Assembly (NCBI RefSeq): GCF_004010195.1
Contig: NC_057719.1
Location: forward strand, 16,111,744-16,175,743
Length of the DNA stretch: 64,000 nucleotides
From: Chiloscyllium plagiosum
Lineage: Eukaryota
Direction of reading: 5' to 3'
Below, piece by piece: positions 39,235-52,674 of the stretch. Numbering within the stretch: position 1 is the first letter of the stretch; every line of letters begins with the position of its first letter. Both the position numbers and the translations under genes were made by a program. Below the pieces are notes generated by a model. That model did no database searches and had not been told where the DNA came from. It was given only the letters and a program-made list of their open reading frames with translations.

Positions 39235-41505
39235 AAACTTGACCTACTCTTGGGAAAAAAGGCAGGGCAGGTGACTGAGGTGTCAGTGGGGGAGCACTTT
39301 GGACCCAGCAACCATAATTCTATTCGTTTTAAAATAGTGATGGAAAAGGATAGACCAGATCTAAAAGTTGAAGTCCCAAATTGGAGAAAGGCCAACTTTG
39401 ACGGTATTAGGCAAGAACTTTCGAAAGCTGATTGGAGGCAGATGTTCGGAGGTAAAGGGATGGCTGGAAAATGGGAAGCCTTCAGAAATGAGATAACAAG
39501 AATCCAGAGAAAGTATATTCCTGTCAGGGTGAAAGGGAAGGCTGGTAGGTATAGGGAATGCTGGATGACTAAAGAAATTGAGGGTTTGGTTAAGAAAAAG
39601 AAGGTATAGACAGGAGAGATCGAGTGAATCCTTAGAAGAGTATAAAGAAAGTAGGAGTATACTTAAGAGGGAAATCAGAATGGCAAAATGGGGACATGAG
39701 ATAGCTTTGGCAAATAGAATTAAGGAGAATCCAAAGGATTTTTGCAAATATATTGAGGACAAAAGTGTAACTAGGGAGAGAAGATCAGCAAGGCGGCCTT
39801 TGTGTGTAGCCACAGAAAATGGGGGAAATACTAAATGAATACTTTGCATCAGTATTTACTGTTGAAAAGGATATGGAAGATATAGACTGTAGGGAAATAG
39901 ATGGTGACATCTTGCAAAATGTCCAGATTATAGAGGAGGAAGTGCTGGATGTCTTGAGATGGTTAAAAGTGGATAAATCCCCAGGACCTGATCGGGTGTA
40001 CCTGAGAGTTCTGTGGGAAGCTAGAGAAGTGATTACTGGGCCTCTTGCTGAGATATTTGTATCATCAATAGCCACAGGTGAGGTGCCGGAAGACTGGAGG
40101 TTGGCAAATGTGGTGCCACTGTTTAAGAAGAGCGGTAAAGACAAGCCAGGGAACTATAGACCGATGAGACTGACGTTGGTGGTGGGCAAGTTGTTGGAGG
40201 GAATCCTGAGGGTCAGGATGTACATGTATTTGGAAAGGCAAGGACTGATTAGGGATAGTCAACATGGCTTTGTGCATGGGAAATCATGTCTCACAAACTT
40301 GATTTTGATGAAGTAACAAAGAGGATTGATGAGGGCAGAGCAGTAGATATGATCTATATGGACTTCAGTAAGGCATTCAACAAGGTTCTCCATGGGAGAC
40401 TGATTAGCAAGGTTAGATTTCATGGAATAAAGGGAGAACTAGCCATTTGGATACAGAACTGGCTCAAAGGTAGAAGACAGAGGGTGGTGGTGGAGGGTTG
40501 TTTTTCAGACTGGAGGCCTGTGACCAGTGGAGTGCCACAAGGATCAGTGCTGGGCCCTCTACTTTTTGTCATAAATGATTTGGATGTGAGCATAAGAGGT
40601 ACAGTTAGTAAGTTTGCAGATGACACCAAAATTGGAGATGTAATTGACCTCAGAGTACAACAGGATCTTGACCAGATGGGCCAATGGGCTGAGAAGTGGC
40701 AGATGGAGTTTAATTCAGATAAATGCAAGGTGCTGCATTTTGGGAAAGCAAATCTTAGCAGGACTTATACACTTAATGGTAATGTCCTAGGGAGTGTTGC
40801 TGAACAAAGAGACCTTGGAGTGCAGTTTCATAGCCCCTTGAAAGTGGAATCGCAGGTAGATAGGATAGTGAAGAAGGCGTTTGGTATGCTTTCCTTTATT
40901 GGTCAGAGTATTGAGTACAGGAGTTGGGAGGTCATGCTGCGGCTGTACAGGACATTGGTTAGGCCAATGTTGGAATATTACCGTTGCAAAGATGTTGTGA
41001 AACTTGAAAGGGTTCAGAAAGGAATTACAAGGATGTTGCCAGTGTTTGAGGATCTGAGCTAAAGGGAGAGGCTGAACAGGCTGGGGCTGTTTTCCCTGGA
41101 GTGTCGGAGGCTGAGGGGAGACCTTATAGAGGTTTACAAAATTATGAGGGGCATAGATAGGATAAATAAACAAAATCTTTTCCCTGAGGTCGGGGAGTCC
41201 AGAACTAGAGGGCATAGGTTTAGGGTGAAAGGGGAAAGATATAAAAGAGACCTAAGTGGCAACTTTTTCACGCAGAGGATGGTATGTGTATGGAATGAGC
41301 TGCCAGAAGATGTGGTGGAGGCTGGTACAATTGCAAAATTTAAGAGGCATTTGGATGGGTATATGAATAGGAAGGATTTGGAGGGATATGGGCCGGGTGC
41401 TGGCAGGTGGGACTAGATTGGGTTGGGATATCTGGTCAGCGTGGATGGGTTAGACCAAAGGGTCTGTTTCCATGCTGTACATCTCTATGACTCTATGACT
41501 CTATA
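39235..41505 (+). mobile_element. CR1 (HER1-like) LINE, 5'-truncated, frameshifted ORF2
   Basis: KSPGPD, WRLANVVPLFKK, SQHGF, YMDFSKAF, GVPQGSVLGP and KFADDTK motifs; CTATGACT-repeat tail. Confidence 0.96.
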
Positions 41506-42160
41506 TGCAATTACAGTAAAAGTACAATTTAAATAATGAAGAAAGAAATGACTGTTTCATTTTGTCATTTGTAATGATGTGTTTGTGATTTTTTTCCCCC
41601 TCAACCCTTCAGGTCTTTTCACCACAAATTTCCAGGGTTGCAAAGTGAATGGTACATCTGAGTGGATACTTGTTGAATGTTGGGGCCAGCAATTGATTTC
41701 CTATGAGAATTAAAGGTAAAGAAAGGGAGTCAATATGAAGGAGTAAATGCGGTGCAGGAAAGTCAAATCAATTGCCAAGAAAGAAATATAGGAGGAAATA
41801 ATAATTTGATTAAGATAGCAGGAAAAGAAACAGGAAGAAAAATGTAAGGAAACTTTAACTTTAAAAGCATCATCCAGGATTAAGTTACTATCTATAGGAA
41901 TGAGATTATAGCTGTTTCAATTATTCCAAGTCAGTACTTAATGCTATTGCAAAAAACAGATAGCTCATCGTTAAAAAAGTCTTTAAAACATTGGATTAAC
42001 TTTTTGCACTAAGTTTAGTTTGTTTTCACGGCAAGCATGTGGTGCTTTCTCACAATTCACAAAGAAGTGAGGGTGAATGTGTGATTGCAAACATAATGGT
42101 GCAAATCATCCAGCAGTTTGCAGCATTTCGCAAATCACTGAGTAACTCTTCCTCATCACA

Positions 42161-42480
42161 ATTCGGAGATGCTGGTGTTGGACTGGGGTGTACAAAGTTA
42201 AAAATCACACAACACCAGGTTATAGTCCAACAGGTTTATTTGGAAGCACTAGCTTTCGGAACACCGCCCCTTCATCAGGTTCATCACAACTGCCTGATGA
42301 AGGAGCGACGCTCCGAAAGCTGGTGCTTCCAATTAAACCTGTTGGACTATAACCTGGTGTTGTGTGATTTTTAACTTCATCAGGTTCATCACAACTGCCT
42401 GATGAAGGAGCGACACTCCGAAAGCTGGTGATTCCAATTAAACCTGTTGGACTATAACCTGGTGTTGTGTGATTTTTAAC
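42161..42480. mobile_element. Family-B PLE-derived insertion: one inverted and two tandem 105-bp hammerhead-bearing units
   Basis: Minus copy at 42161-42280; direct units at 42270-42374 and 42375-42479; TSD TTCCTCATCACA at 42149-42160 and 42481-42492. Confidence 0.85.
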
Positions 42481-43434
42481 TTCCTCATCACAGATTCTGA
42501 TTTCTTTTTTAAAAGATACATGTGTGGATTTAACTCCTCACTATTTTCCCAGCAAAAGTGGCCGTCTTCTCCTTGACTTTTTCTGCCTGCATGCAGCTCT
42601 GTACCACTTTGCTGTGAGTTCCACCATAGGTTAGCTGGTCTCAAACCAACACCAGCCAGAACGGTGAGCAAATCCTATGTTGTTGCCACCAATGTGACTC
42701 ATGTCAGGCATCCAGCCGACCTCAACCCCTGTCTCCATTCGCAGTCTGAGATTCCAGAATATTCAGTCATTGCACTGCATTCCCATTCTATTGTTCCATC
42801 AAGCAAAAATGTACATTTTTGGGTAGACGATGACCTAGTGGTAATATCACTATACTATTAATGCAGAGACCCATTAAGGGGACATGGGTTCATATTCCAC
42901 CAAGGCAGATGGCAGAATTTGAATTCAATAATAAGCTGAAAATAAGTTTAATAATGACCATGCACCCATTGATGATTGTCAGGAAAAAACCCCATCTAGT
43001 TCACTAATGACCTTTAGGGAAGGAAACTGCCATCCTTATCTGGTATGCCCTACATGTGACTCCAGAACTACAGTAATGTGAGTGATTCTTAACTACCCTC
43101 TGGGCAATTAGGCTTGGGAAATAAGTAATGGTCCAACCAGTGAAGTACACGTCTCATGAACAAATTTTAAAAAAACCATGGTTATTGGAGACATTGTTCT
43201 AAAGTGGATTTGCCTGTCACAAATCTCAGTATTACAGCAACCCATTGACACATGGAGAGAGGAGAGATGCCTCAAACATTATGCAGAGTCTCTTAACAAA
43301 TGGGATGTTTCCAATCACAGACAAAAATAGAATGAAAGACCAGCCAGCCCTTGTAGCATAGTGAGAATATCCCTACCTCTGAGCCAGGGGACCTGAGGTC
43401 AAGTCCCACACATTCCAGAGGTGGCTAACCAGAA

Positions 43435-43742
43435 ACTATAGGGTGGATAGCCAGAGAGTTTTTCCCAGAGAGTGGAAATGTCTATCATGAGGGGCCACAA
43501 TTTTAAAGTGATTGGAGGAAGCTTTACAGGAGATGTCAGAGGGAAGTTCTTTATTCAGAGTGGTGGGTGTGTGGAATGCACTGCATAGTAGAGTCAGATA
43601 CATTAGGGACATTTAAATGGCTCTTGGATAGGCATATGGAAGCTAGTACAATGAAGGATAGGTATGTTAGTCTGATCTTAGAGTAGCATAAAAGGCCAGC
43701 ACAGCATTGAGGGCTGAAGTGCCTTTACATTTTATGTTCTAT
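43435..43742 (+). mobile_element. CR1 LINE 3' fragment
   Basis: gtggatagccagagagtttttccc...gtggaatgcactg...catttaaa...ttggatagg pattern of CR1 3' ends. Confidence 0.8.
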
Positions 43743-44639
43743 CCCTAAGCAGGTTGATTTGGAAAATATCACAAATGAGAGGTTGATGAGTTTAAGTAAT
43801 AATATTTACCATGATGTGATCTTTTCTATCACCAATCCCCATGCTCTGCACTATATATCTTTTCTCATCTTTTTCCCTGATCAATTCTCCCCATCCCAAT
43901 TCCAAAGTCGCCTCACAACTTAATTCCGACCATACCACTGACCTTTGTTTAGTGCCAACTATCTCCCTTTCCCTTTAGCCCCAGTAAGTATTTCACCAAG
44001 TTGAAAAGTGAGTCGCCACTGCATTAGGTGCCAATTTTAAAGAGTCTCTTGTTTGTCTAACTCATGGGAATGAATCTCAGCAATGAACCAATGATATCTT
44101 CCAGATAAGATGGTATTTCATACAGGAGTAAACAGTTAAAAATAAAAGTTGGGCATCTCTCCTGTAAAAATCCCTGCCTCTTAATCGAGTTTGAGCACAA
44201 CTGGGCTGGTAATTTAAGAAAAAAGTGTCTAAGCACATCTGAAAGTGTACTTACAGCACTGTGTAAATCAGTAAGGTGCCAATGCTGTGCAAATCACTGA
44301 CTGTGAAATTAATCAGTAAACACACGACTGACGAGACATGGCTAAATTTTAACCCTTCCATTTATCCTCTCAAGATAAAGTAGTAACTCAATTTGAATCT
44401 ATGTTTCCAACTGTGTAACAATGGGGGTTCCCCCCACTTAATCTACTAGGCAGAACTATCCACGTTTGGAAGCTATTTGGATAGCTGGACGAGCTTGTTC
44501 AACATTTCTCTGCTGTATTCTGTGATCCAACACCACCCAATGTCATGAAACTTGTTCCAATAAACCTCACAACTCTGGGTGGAAGTTATAGCTGAATGTC
44601 AAGTGAACCTTCTATTGTTCAGATTACTCTTCCCTAACT

Positions 44640-45560
44640 CTCCTGATTCTGTGGCTTCTTTTTAGAAGCATGCCGGGCTCACATACATCCCAAAGGTCAC
44701 TACCGAAGGTATTTTGTTCAAGAGAGAGAGAAGATGACACAAACTCACCTCTCTGTTTATACTGAACTCCGGTCTCCAGAATGGTCCTGGGCTTCCTCAT
44801 GCAGCTCCTTTCCTGGTCCTGGCAATTCGGGTTCACAGCCGAAGGTAATGTAGGGTCAGCTCCCTTCCGACGGATCCTATCGCAGCCGGCACTACAAACT
44901 GAGGAGGAAACTCGCTCAACTCCTACTGCCCTTTTCTCAAAATTAAATCACAGAGGAATTGTTTTGAGCAGGGTGCATCTTTCGTTGGTGTTGTTGTTTC
45001 GAGAATTTGGGACTTAAAATTAGCCTTGGACTGCTTTCTGTTAATTGTAATCGGTTCCAGCCCCAGTGGAAGTTCAGGCTGACAAGGTTACCTGTGTGAA
45101 GTAAGGACAGAGAAAAGTGAACTTCTCTGTAATTTTCGCCCACGCCGGCTCCTCAGTGCAGTTCCTGATTTCTTGCCCCTGTCACAGGTTGCCCTTGGTG
45201 TTTCCCAGCTGCTGGCTCTGTCACAAGCCCCATCTTCCCTCCCCGGAGCTCAGCAACCAGCACTCACCCCGATAGGCAAACCTCACACTGTATCTTAACC
45301 AGTACCAAGCGTCCGCTGGGTCCTACAGCTCCCCATTGTCTTGTAAAACTGATCCATTAACCCTCAAGGAACCTGTCGCTTGCGTCTTTTTCTCTCGCTA
45401 TCAATCACCCTGGGTTTTCTTCTGGTGCAGTGATGTGTACCTACCTCTAAACTTGGAAGCATGGATTCGTGTCCCACCAGCTCAGGACGTGTATCAGCAG
45501 GTTTATGAGAAAATATCGAAAACGTCCTTACACGTAACATTTAGTTTGACTCATCAAAAA
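44640..45560 (-). promoter_or_regulatory. CpG-enriched non-repetitive segment, probable TC2N promoter and first exon (splice donor after 44749)
   Basis: CpG and GC content are locally raised in an otherwise CpG-depleted window. A strong minus-strand donor GAG|gtgagt lies at 44749/44748, upstream of the TC2N coding exons on the same strand. Confidence 0.45.
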
Positions 45561-48500
45561 TAAAATCACTTTCAAATTGCACGTTTACCAGCCTCTAGCA
45601 AGCATCTTTAGACAATTCTCTCAAGTATTTGCATTGCAATTTTTTTAAAATTAAAAAAAAAGTTGCCGTGCAAAACTCGAATATTGGCAATACTTCGCAT
45701 CAAGATTTCTCTGATTACTTATTAATTCAATTTCATTTTGTTCAGATAAACATTTATCAAAAGTTGAATAAGTTCATTTATTATAGGAACCGGTTGGTCA
45801 CTTAACTCACTTGCACTAATTCACTGCCATGTTTATCCAAGACAAGAATGCACTTCAAAAGTCACCCGTTGATTGCCATAGAAGAATTATTCATACCATT
45901 AAAATCAATTGTTTTTTATTATTAATGCAGACATGCAGATATTCTCATGTTTTAGTTTTACTTTTGCAGATTTACTCTGTACAAGAAATTGAAAGGAAGT
46001 CAGTGGCAGAAAATAAAGCCTCAAAATAAATACAGGAAATGGAACAGGAAATCAGTTAATTTGAATATTTCTAAAACTCATGAGAATCCAAGAATGTAAA
46101 AGATTAGGGGAATTCAATGAGGTCTTCTAAAAGAAATAATTCAAGTTTAATAACAACGCATGAACATTTACAAAGTCTATAGTTACCACTTGCAATGGGG
46201 TCTCAGTTAATCCCAACATATATTTTGTTTTAATTGAAGTAACATTACAACACCCAATGCTTATAATTGTAGCACCATTCACTTATCTGCCACGGTGACG
46301 GTGATATATTAAAGATATTTGGAGATTATGCACATAGGAACATTTGTAACCAAATTTTTTTTAATTAACGTGCACTTTTTCAGATTACCAATATTGTAAC
46401 TCTATCTGTACACAGCTCCTATAATACCTTACATAGATGAGCACTAAAAAAAAACCCCTGAACACACAAATGGAATATGTCCACACTTTGTGCCTTTTTC
46501 AAAAAAAAACTCAGGGGATGGCCATTCCTGATTATTTGCCATGACAATACATTGACCAGTCAGAGTTGGCTTGGTTGCTTTGAATTTAAAAGAAAGTTAC
46601 TAAGTGAACTGTTTCTTCTGAATTTACCATGGTAACATCTCCACCAATCAGAGTCTACTTTCCAACCAATTAGCACCATCTTCTAATGCAGCATAAATTG
46701 TTGTTCCCTCTGAAATTTGGTGTTCTTACGATTCTGTCCTGATGAATACAAACTTTGACAGCATGCATCTTTTTCAGCTTTACTTAAAATCCTCTTTGCT
46801 ATACAATAAAGACTGACATAGAATTCACAGGAAAGAAATAGGTCATTCAGTCCAACGGATCTTAAGCTCCAAACAAATCTCCTCATGCATTACTTATCAT
46901 GTTTCAACCAGACCTTGGATGATGTTCCCCAAATTATAACAGGTTTAGACAGAATACCCTAAATTGTCCACTCCTGGATGAAGATGAATGAAATAGCTCC
47001 CTTTTATTCACCTGCCTCCCTTAGTTGGTCACAACAAGGTTAATTTACAAAGGGTCTTCTCCCTTGTGAATACATTTCTCCCAGACCAAATGGAGTTATG
47101 TTTTAAAAGGAACAAATTTTAGCAAGTTTACATGAGAAATAAAAGAGTAAGCTCACTAGTTATTAGAACTAGTGTGCATCGTTACAGAATAAGTACTTAT
47201 GTAAAACTAAAATTTCTTCTCTCAGAGGCTACTTTTCCAAAATTCTCTATCCCAGAGAGTTACAGAGGCTAGATCACTGAAAGTATTTAAAGAGAAGGTG
47301 GATAGTTTTAAAATATTGAGGAGTTGAGGACTATGAAGAGCCATGATTTTATAGAATGGTGGGTTGGGTTTGAAGGCTGAAGGTCTCACTTCTGCTTCTA
47401 TTTCTTATGTTCTTAGACATGAAAAGAAGTAAAGATAGAAAACATATACAAATAAATTAGAAATGAGAAGTCAATCTAATAAAAGATAAAAGTTGTACAC
47501 GTCAATCTCTGGGTTGTTCAGAAAGAGTAATTAATTCATCATTGATAGTTAAGCAGTTGATTTTGAGATTCTTGGATTTGCATATTAGTTCAAATTCTTT
47601 TGTCTTGTTTCCTTCTGACTGACTTGCTGCCTAGCTAGTTCTCAGCTCTCAGAACAAAAGAATCCTCCACATGCAAAGTAGGAGCGACTAATTGATTGTT
47701 CTTCAACTGTGACAATGTAATACATCAGCACTTGAATCCAGGCTAATACAAGTACCTCTGCCACAGAAACACACAATCTCCTCAGTTCAGTATCACACCT
47801 TCTTCCACCAGCATCTCACAGTCATTTTGTTTCCAACCTAAGCAGAATGTAGCTGTAACTCAGGTAATACTAAAAGGATTTATGTTCCACATTAGGAATT
47901 TTGGACCAATACCTAACATTAATTCAGGACCTTCGAAAAATACAAATTGAACAATTTTAAGTCTTTTCCTGCAGAAAATTAGTGACTTTAGTGCTGCATA
48001 CAGACTAAGCTTGTGTGCAATTCATTTGAATTCCTGACACTGCATTCCTGGAACAATGGGAGATCTTGAAAGAAGTTCTTTAATTTGGAAAAAATTTTTC
48101 TCAAGGATTCACCCATCAAAAAAACTTGTGAATTTATCAGTGGAATTTGGTAAAAGCCCTTTTTTAAAGGTATCACATAGCATCTATGTAATTTGTACTG
48201 TATTTCTTAGAAATCTTTGCTGTCCCAGGTGGAATAAGCACAGTTCTGGTTTATGTTTCTTCTTCTTGAGTTCTTTGCCCAAAGGCAGGTCTGACTAGGA
48301 TGGAGGCAATCCCAAAGCTATGTGAGACAGAATGGGAACCGAACCATGTGTTGTTGACCTCAATGTGATCCACAATGTCCATCTTGCCTGCATATAAGGT
48401 GTTTCGTTCCAAAGAGGTTACAGTTACAGAGTTTTAAGCTCCACCCAATGTATTGAAGTCTTAAGGACCTGGAATGGGAGAACAGCTCTGGATCCTGAAG

Positions 48501-49476
48501 GAGATGGACTTTTTAAAATTAATTTATGGGATGTGGGCATCGTTGGCTGACCAGCATTTATTGTCTGTACCTAGTTACCCATGGGAAGGTGACGGTGAGC
48601 TTCCTTCTCGAACTGCTGCAGTCCGCCTGCTGTAAGTTTCCTCACAACTCCATTAGAGAGGGAATTCCAGTATTTTAATTCAGCAGTAGTGACAGAATGG
48701 CGATATATTTCAAAGTCAAAATGGTGAGTAGCTTGGACGGGAGTTTGAAGGTGGTGCTGAAGGTGGTGTTTAAATCTCTATATATCTGCTGCCCTTTTCC
48801 TTCTAGATGGAAGTGATTGTTGAGATTCTGCAGTGTATCTTGTAGATAATACATACTGAGCATCAGTGTGTGGAAGGAGTGGATGTTTGTGGATGTGGTA
48901 GCAATTAAGCGGGCTGCTTTGTCCTGGAAAATGTCAAGCTTCTTGACTGTTTTTGGAACTGCATCCATTCAGGTAAATGGGGAGTATTCCATCACACTCC
49001 TAATTCATGCCTTGTAGATGGTGGACAGTCTTTGGGGAACCATGGAGTGAATTACTCATCATAGTATTCCTAGCCTCTGACCTGCTATTGTAGCTCCTGT
49101 GTTTATGTGTGAGTACAGTTGAGTTTCTAGTTAGATATTGATAGTGGAGGAGTCAGTCATAGTAATACCATTGAATGTCAAGGAGCGGTGATTAGATTAT
49201 CTCATATTGGTGGATGGTCATAGCATGGCATTTGTATGATATGAATGTTACTTGTCATTTGTCAATTTAGCTTGGATATTGTACACACCTTGCTGCGTTT
49301 GAACATAGACTGCTTCAGTATCTGAGGAGTCATAAATGATGATGAACATTGTGCAATCATCAGCAAACATCCCAACTTCTGATAGAGGAAAGGTTATTGA
49401 TAAAACTGCTGAAAATGATTGGGCCTCGGACTTCCCTAAAGAACTCCTGCAGAGATGTCCTGGAGCTGAGATAACT

Positions 49477-52400
49477 AGAACATAGAACAGAGAATAATAC
49501 AGTGCAGAACAGGCCCTTTGGCCCTCAATTTTGCACTGACCAGTGAAATAATCTAAGCCCATTCCCCTACACTATCCCATCATCATCCATGTGCTTATCC
49601 AAGAATTGTTTAAATCTCCCTAATGTGACTGAGTTAACTATATTGGCAGGCAGGGCATTTCACGCCCTTACCACTCTCGCAGTAAAGAACCTGCCTCTGA
49701 CATTTGTCTTAAAACTATCCCCCTTAATTTGTAGTTATGACCCCTTGTACAAGCTGACGTCATCATTCTAGGAAAAAGACTTTCACTGTCTACCTTATCT
49801 ATTCCTCTGATCATCTTGTATGTCTCTGTCAAATCTTGTCTTATCCTTCTTCTCTCCAATGAGAACAGACCCAAGTCTCTCAGCCTTTCCTCATAAGACC
49901 TTCCCTCCAGACCAGGCAACATCCTGGAAATCTCTATGCACCTTTTCCAATGCTTCCACATCCTTCCTGTAATGGGGCGACCAGAACTGTACACAATATT
50001 CCAAGTGTGGCGGTACTAGCATTTTGTATAGTTGCGGAATGACATTACGGCTCTGGAACTCAATCCTTCTACCTATAAAACCTAACACTTCATATGCCTT
50101 CTTAACAGCACTATCAACCTGGGTGGCTATTTTCAGGGATCTGTGTATATGGACCGTGAGATTCCTCTGCACGTCCACATTACCAACAATCTTTCCATTG
50201 ACCCAGTATTCTGCCTTCCTGTTATTCTTACCAAAGTGAATCACCTCAAATTTATCTGCATTTGCCATCTCTCAGCCCAATTCTGCAGTTTATCCAAGTC
50301 CCCCTGAAACTTGCAACATGCTTCCACACTGTCCACTACTCCACCAACTTTAGTGTCATCTGCAAACTTACTGACCCATCTACCTATGCCTGCGTCCAAG
50401 TCATTTATAAAAATGACAAACAGCAGTGATCCTTGTGGCACAGACTCCAGGCTGAATATTTTCCATCAACCTCCATTCACTGCCTTCTTACATCCATTGA
50501 CCCAGTATTCTGCCTTCCTGTTATTCTTACCAAAGTGAATCACCTCAAATTTATCTGCATTTGCCATCTCTCAGCCCAATTCTGCAGTTTATCCAAGTCC
50601 CCCTGAAACTTGCAACATGCTTCCACACTGTCTACTACTCCACCAACTTTAGTGTCATCTGCAAACTTACTGACCCATCCACCTATGCCTGCGTCCAAGT
50701 CATTTATAAAAATGACAAACAGCAGTGATTCTTGTGGCACGGACTCCAGGCTGAATATTTTCCATCAACCTCCATTCACTGCCTTCTTACAGAAAGCCAG
50801 TTCCTAATCCAAATTGCTAAATCACCCTCAATCCCAAGCCTCTGCATTTTCTCCAACAGCCTACCATGTGGAACCTTATCAAAAGCTTTACTGAATTCCA
50901 TGTACACCACGTCAACTGTCCTACCTTCATCCACATGCTTAGTCATTTTCTCAAAAACCTCAGTGAGGTTTGTGAGACATGACCTGCCCCTGACTATCTG
51001 CAATCAAATTGTTGATTGCTAGATGATTATAAATCTTAACTCTTATAATCCTTTTGAAAACTTTTCCTACAACAGATATAAGGTTCACTGGTCTATAATT
51101 ACCTGGGTCATGTCTACTGGCCTTCTTGAACAAGGGCACAACATTTGCAATCCTCTAGTCCTCTGGTACTAAACCTGTAAACTATGATGACTCAAAGATC
51201 AAGGACAAAGACTCCGCCATCTCCACCCTAACTTCCCAGAGAATCCTTGGATAAATCCAATCCGGCCCAGGGGACTTGTCTACTTTCACTCCTTCTAGGA
51301 TTTATAACACCTCTTTCTTACTAACCTTGATCCTTTCTAGTCTAATATCCCATACCTCATGGTAAAAATAATGACTGCAGATGCTGGAAACCAGATTCTG
51401 GATTAGTGGTGCTGGAACAGCAGTTCAGGTAGCATCCGAGGAGCAGTAAAATCGACGTTTCAGGCAAAAGCCCTTCATCAGGAATACCATACCTCATTCC
51501 TCTTCTCTCCAATATTCTCCTTTTCCTGAGTGAAAGCAGACAAGAAAAATTCATTTAGCACTACTCTGATCTCTACAGGGTCCACACAACTTCCCACTTC
51601 TGTCTTTGACTAGCCCTATCCCTAGTCATCCTTTTATTCCTCACATACCTATAGAAAGCTTTAGGGTTCTCCTTTATTCTACCTGCTAAAGACTGCTCAT
51701 GTCCTCTCCTTGCTCTTCTTAACTCTGTCTTTAAGTCCTTCCTAGCTAATCTGTAACTCTCCATCGCCTCATCTGAACCATCTTATCTCAACTTCACATA
51801 AGCCTCCTTCTTCTGCTTAACAAGAGATGCAATTTCTTTAGTAAACCATGGTTCCCTTACCTTATCACTTCCTCCCTGTCTGACAGGGACATACCAATCA
51901 AGGACACACAATATCTGTTCCTTAAACCAGCTCCCCATCCCCTACATTTTGCTACCCCATTTTTTGCATCCTAAGTCTTGCCTAATCACATTATAATTGT
52001 CCTTTCCCCATCTATAACACCTGCCCTGTGGCATGTACCTATCCCTTTCCATCGCTAAACTAAACATAACCAAATTATGGTCACTCTCTCCAAAGTACAC
52101 ACCTACCACTAAATCAAACACCTGGCCCGGTTCATTATCAAGCACCAGATCCAGTGTGGCCTCCCCTCTTGTCAGCCCTTCGATATATTGTGTGAGGAAA
52201 CCCTCCTGCACTCATTGGACAAAAACTGATCCATCCGACATACTAGTGTTATAGCATTTCCAGTCAATGTTGGGGAAGTTAAAGGCCCCATAATGACCAT
52301 CCTGTTCCTTTCATTCCTACCCAGAATCGTTTTGCCAATCCTCTCCTCCACGTCCCTAGAATTCTGCAGAGGCCCTATAAAAAACTCCCAGCAGCATGAC

Positions 52401-52674
52401 CTCTCCTTTCCTGTTTCTAACCTCAGCCCATACCACCTCAGTAGAGGAGTCCTCATCAAAAGTTCTTTCAGCCACTGTTATACTGTCCTTGACTAACAAG
52501 GCTACACCTCCTCCTCTTTTACCATTCCCTGGTCTTAATGAAAGATCTAAATCCTGGAACCTGCAACATCCATTCCTGACCCTGCTGTATCCATGTCTCC
52601 GAAATGGCCACAACATCGAAGTCCCTATCTATGCTGCAAGCTCATCTATCTTATTTTGGATACTTCTGGCATTG
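49477..52674 (-). mobile_element. CR1 LINE (endonuclease to 3' end) with a 299-bp internal tandem duplication and a nested PLE repeat
   Basis: RGGGVALLVKD, GRSCLTNL, FSKAFDKVPH, KFADDTK and LEYCVQFWSP motifs; tail TAGAACATAGAAC on the plus strand. Confidence 0.95.
51361..51486 (-). mobile_element. Solo family-A PLE repeat with intact hammerhead core
   Basis: Minus strand reads ATTC-CTGATGA-AGGGC-TTTT-GCCT-GAAACGTC; TSD CCATACCTCAT at 51350-51360 and 51487-51497. Confidence 0.85.

Noticed and set aside
39250..41416. CR1 ORFs as host genes or an active element
   Set aside because: Frameshifted, internally deleted and 5'-truncated LINE ORF2.
42270..42479. CRISPR-like array
   Set aside because: Eukaryotic DNA; two whole-unit duplicates with no unique spacers.
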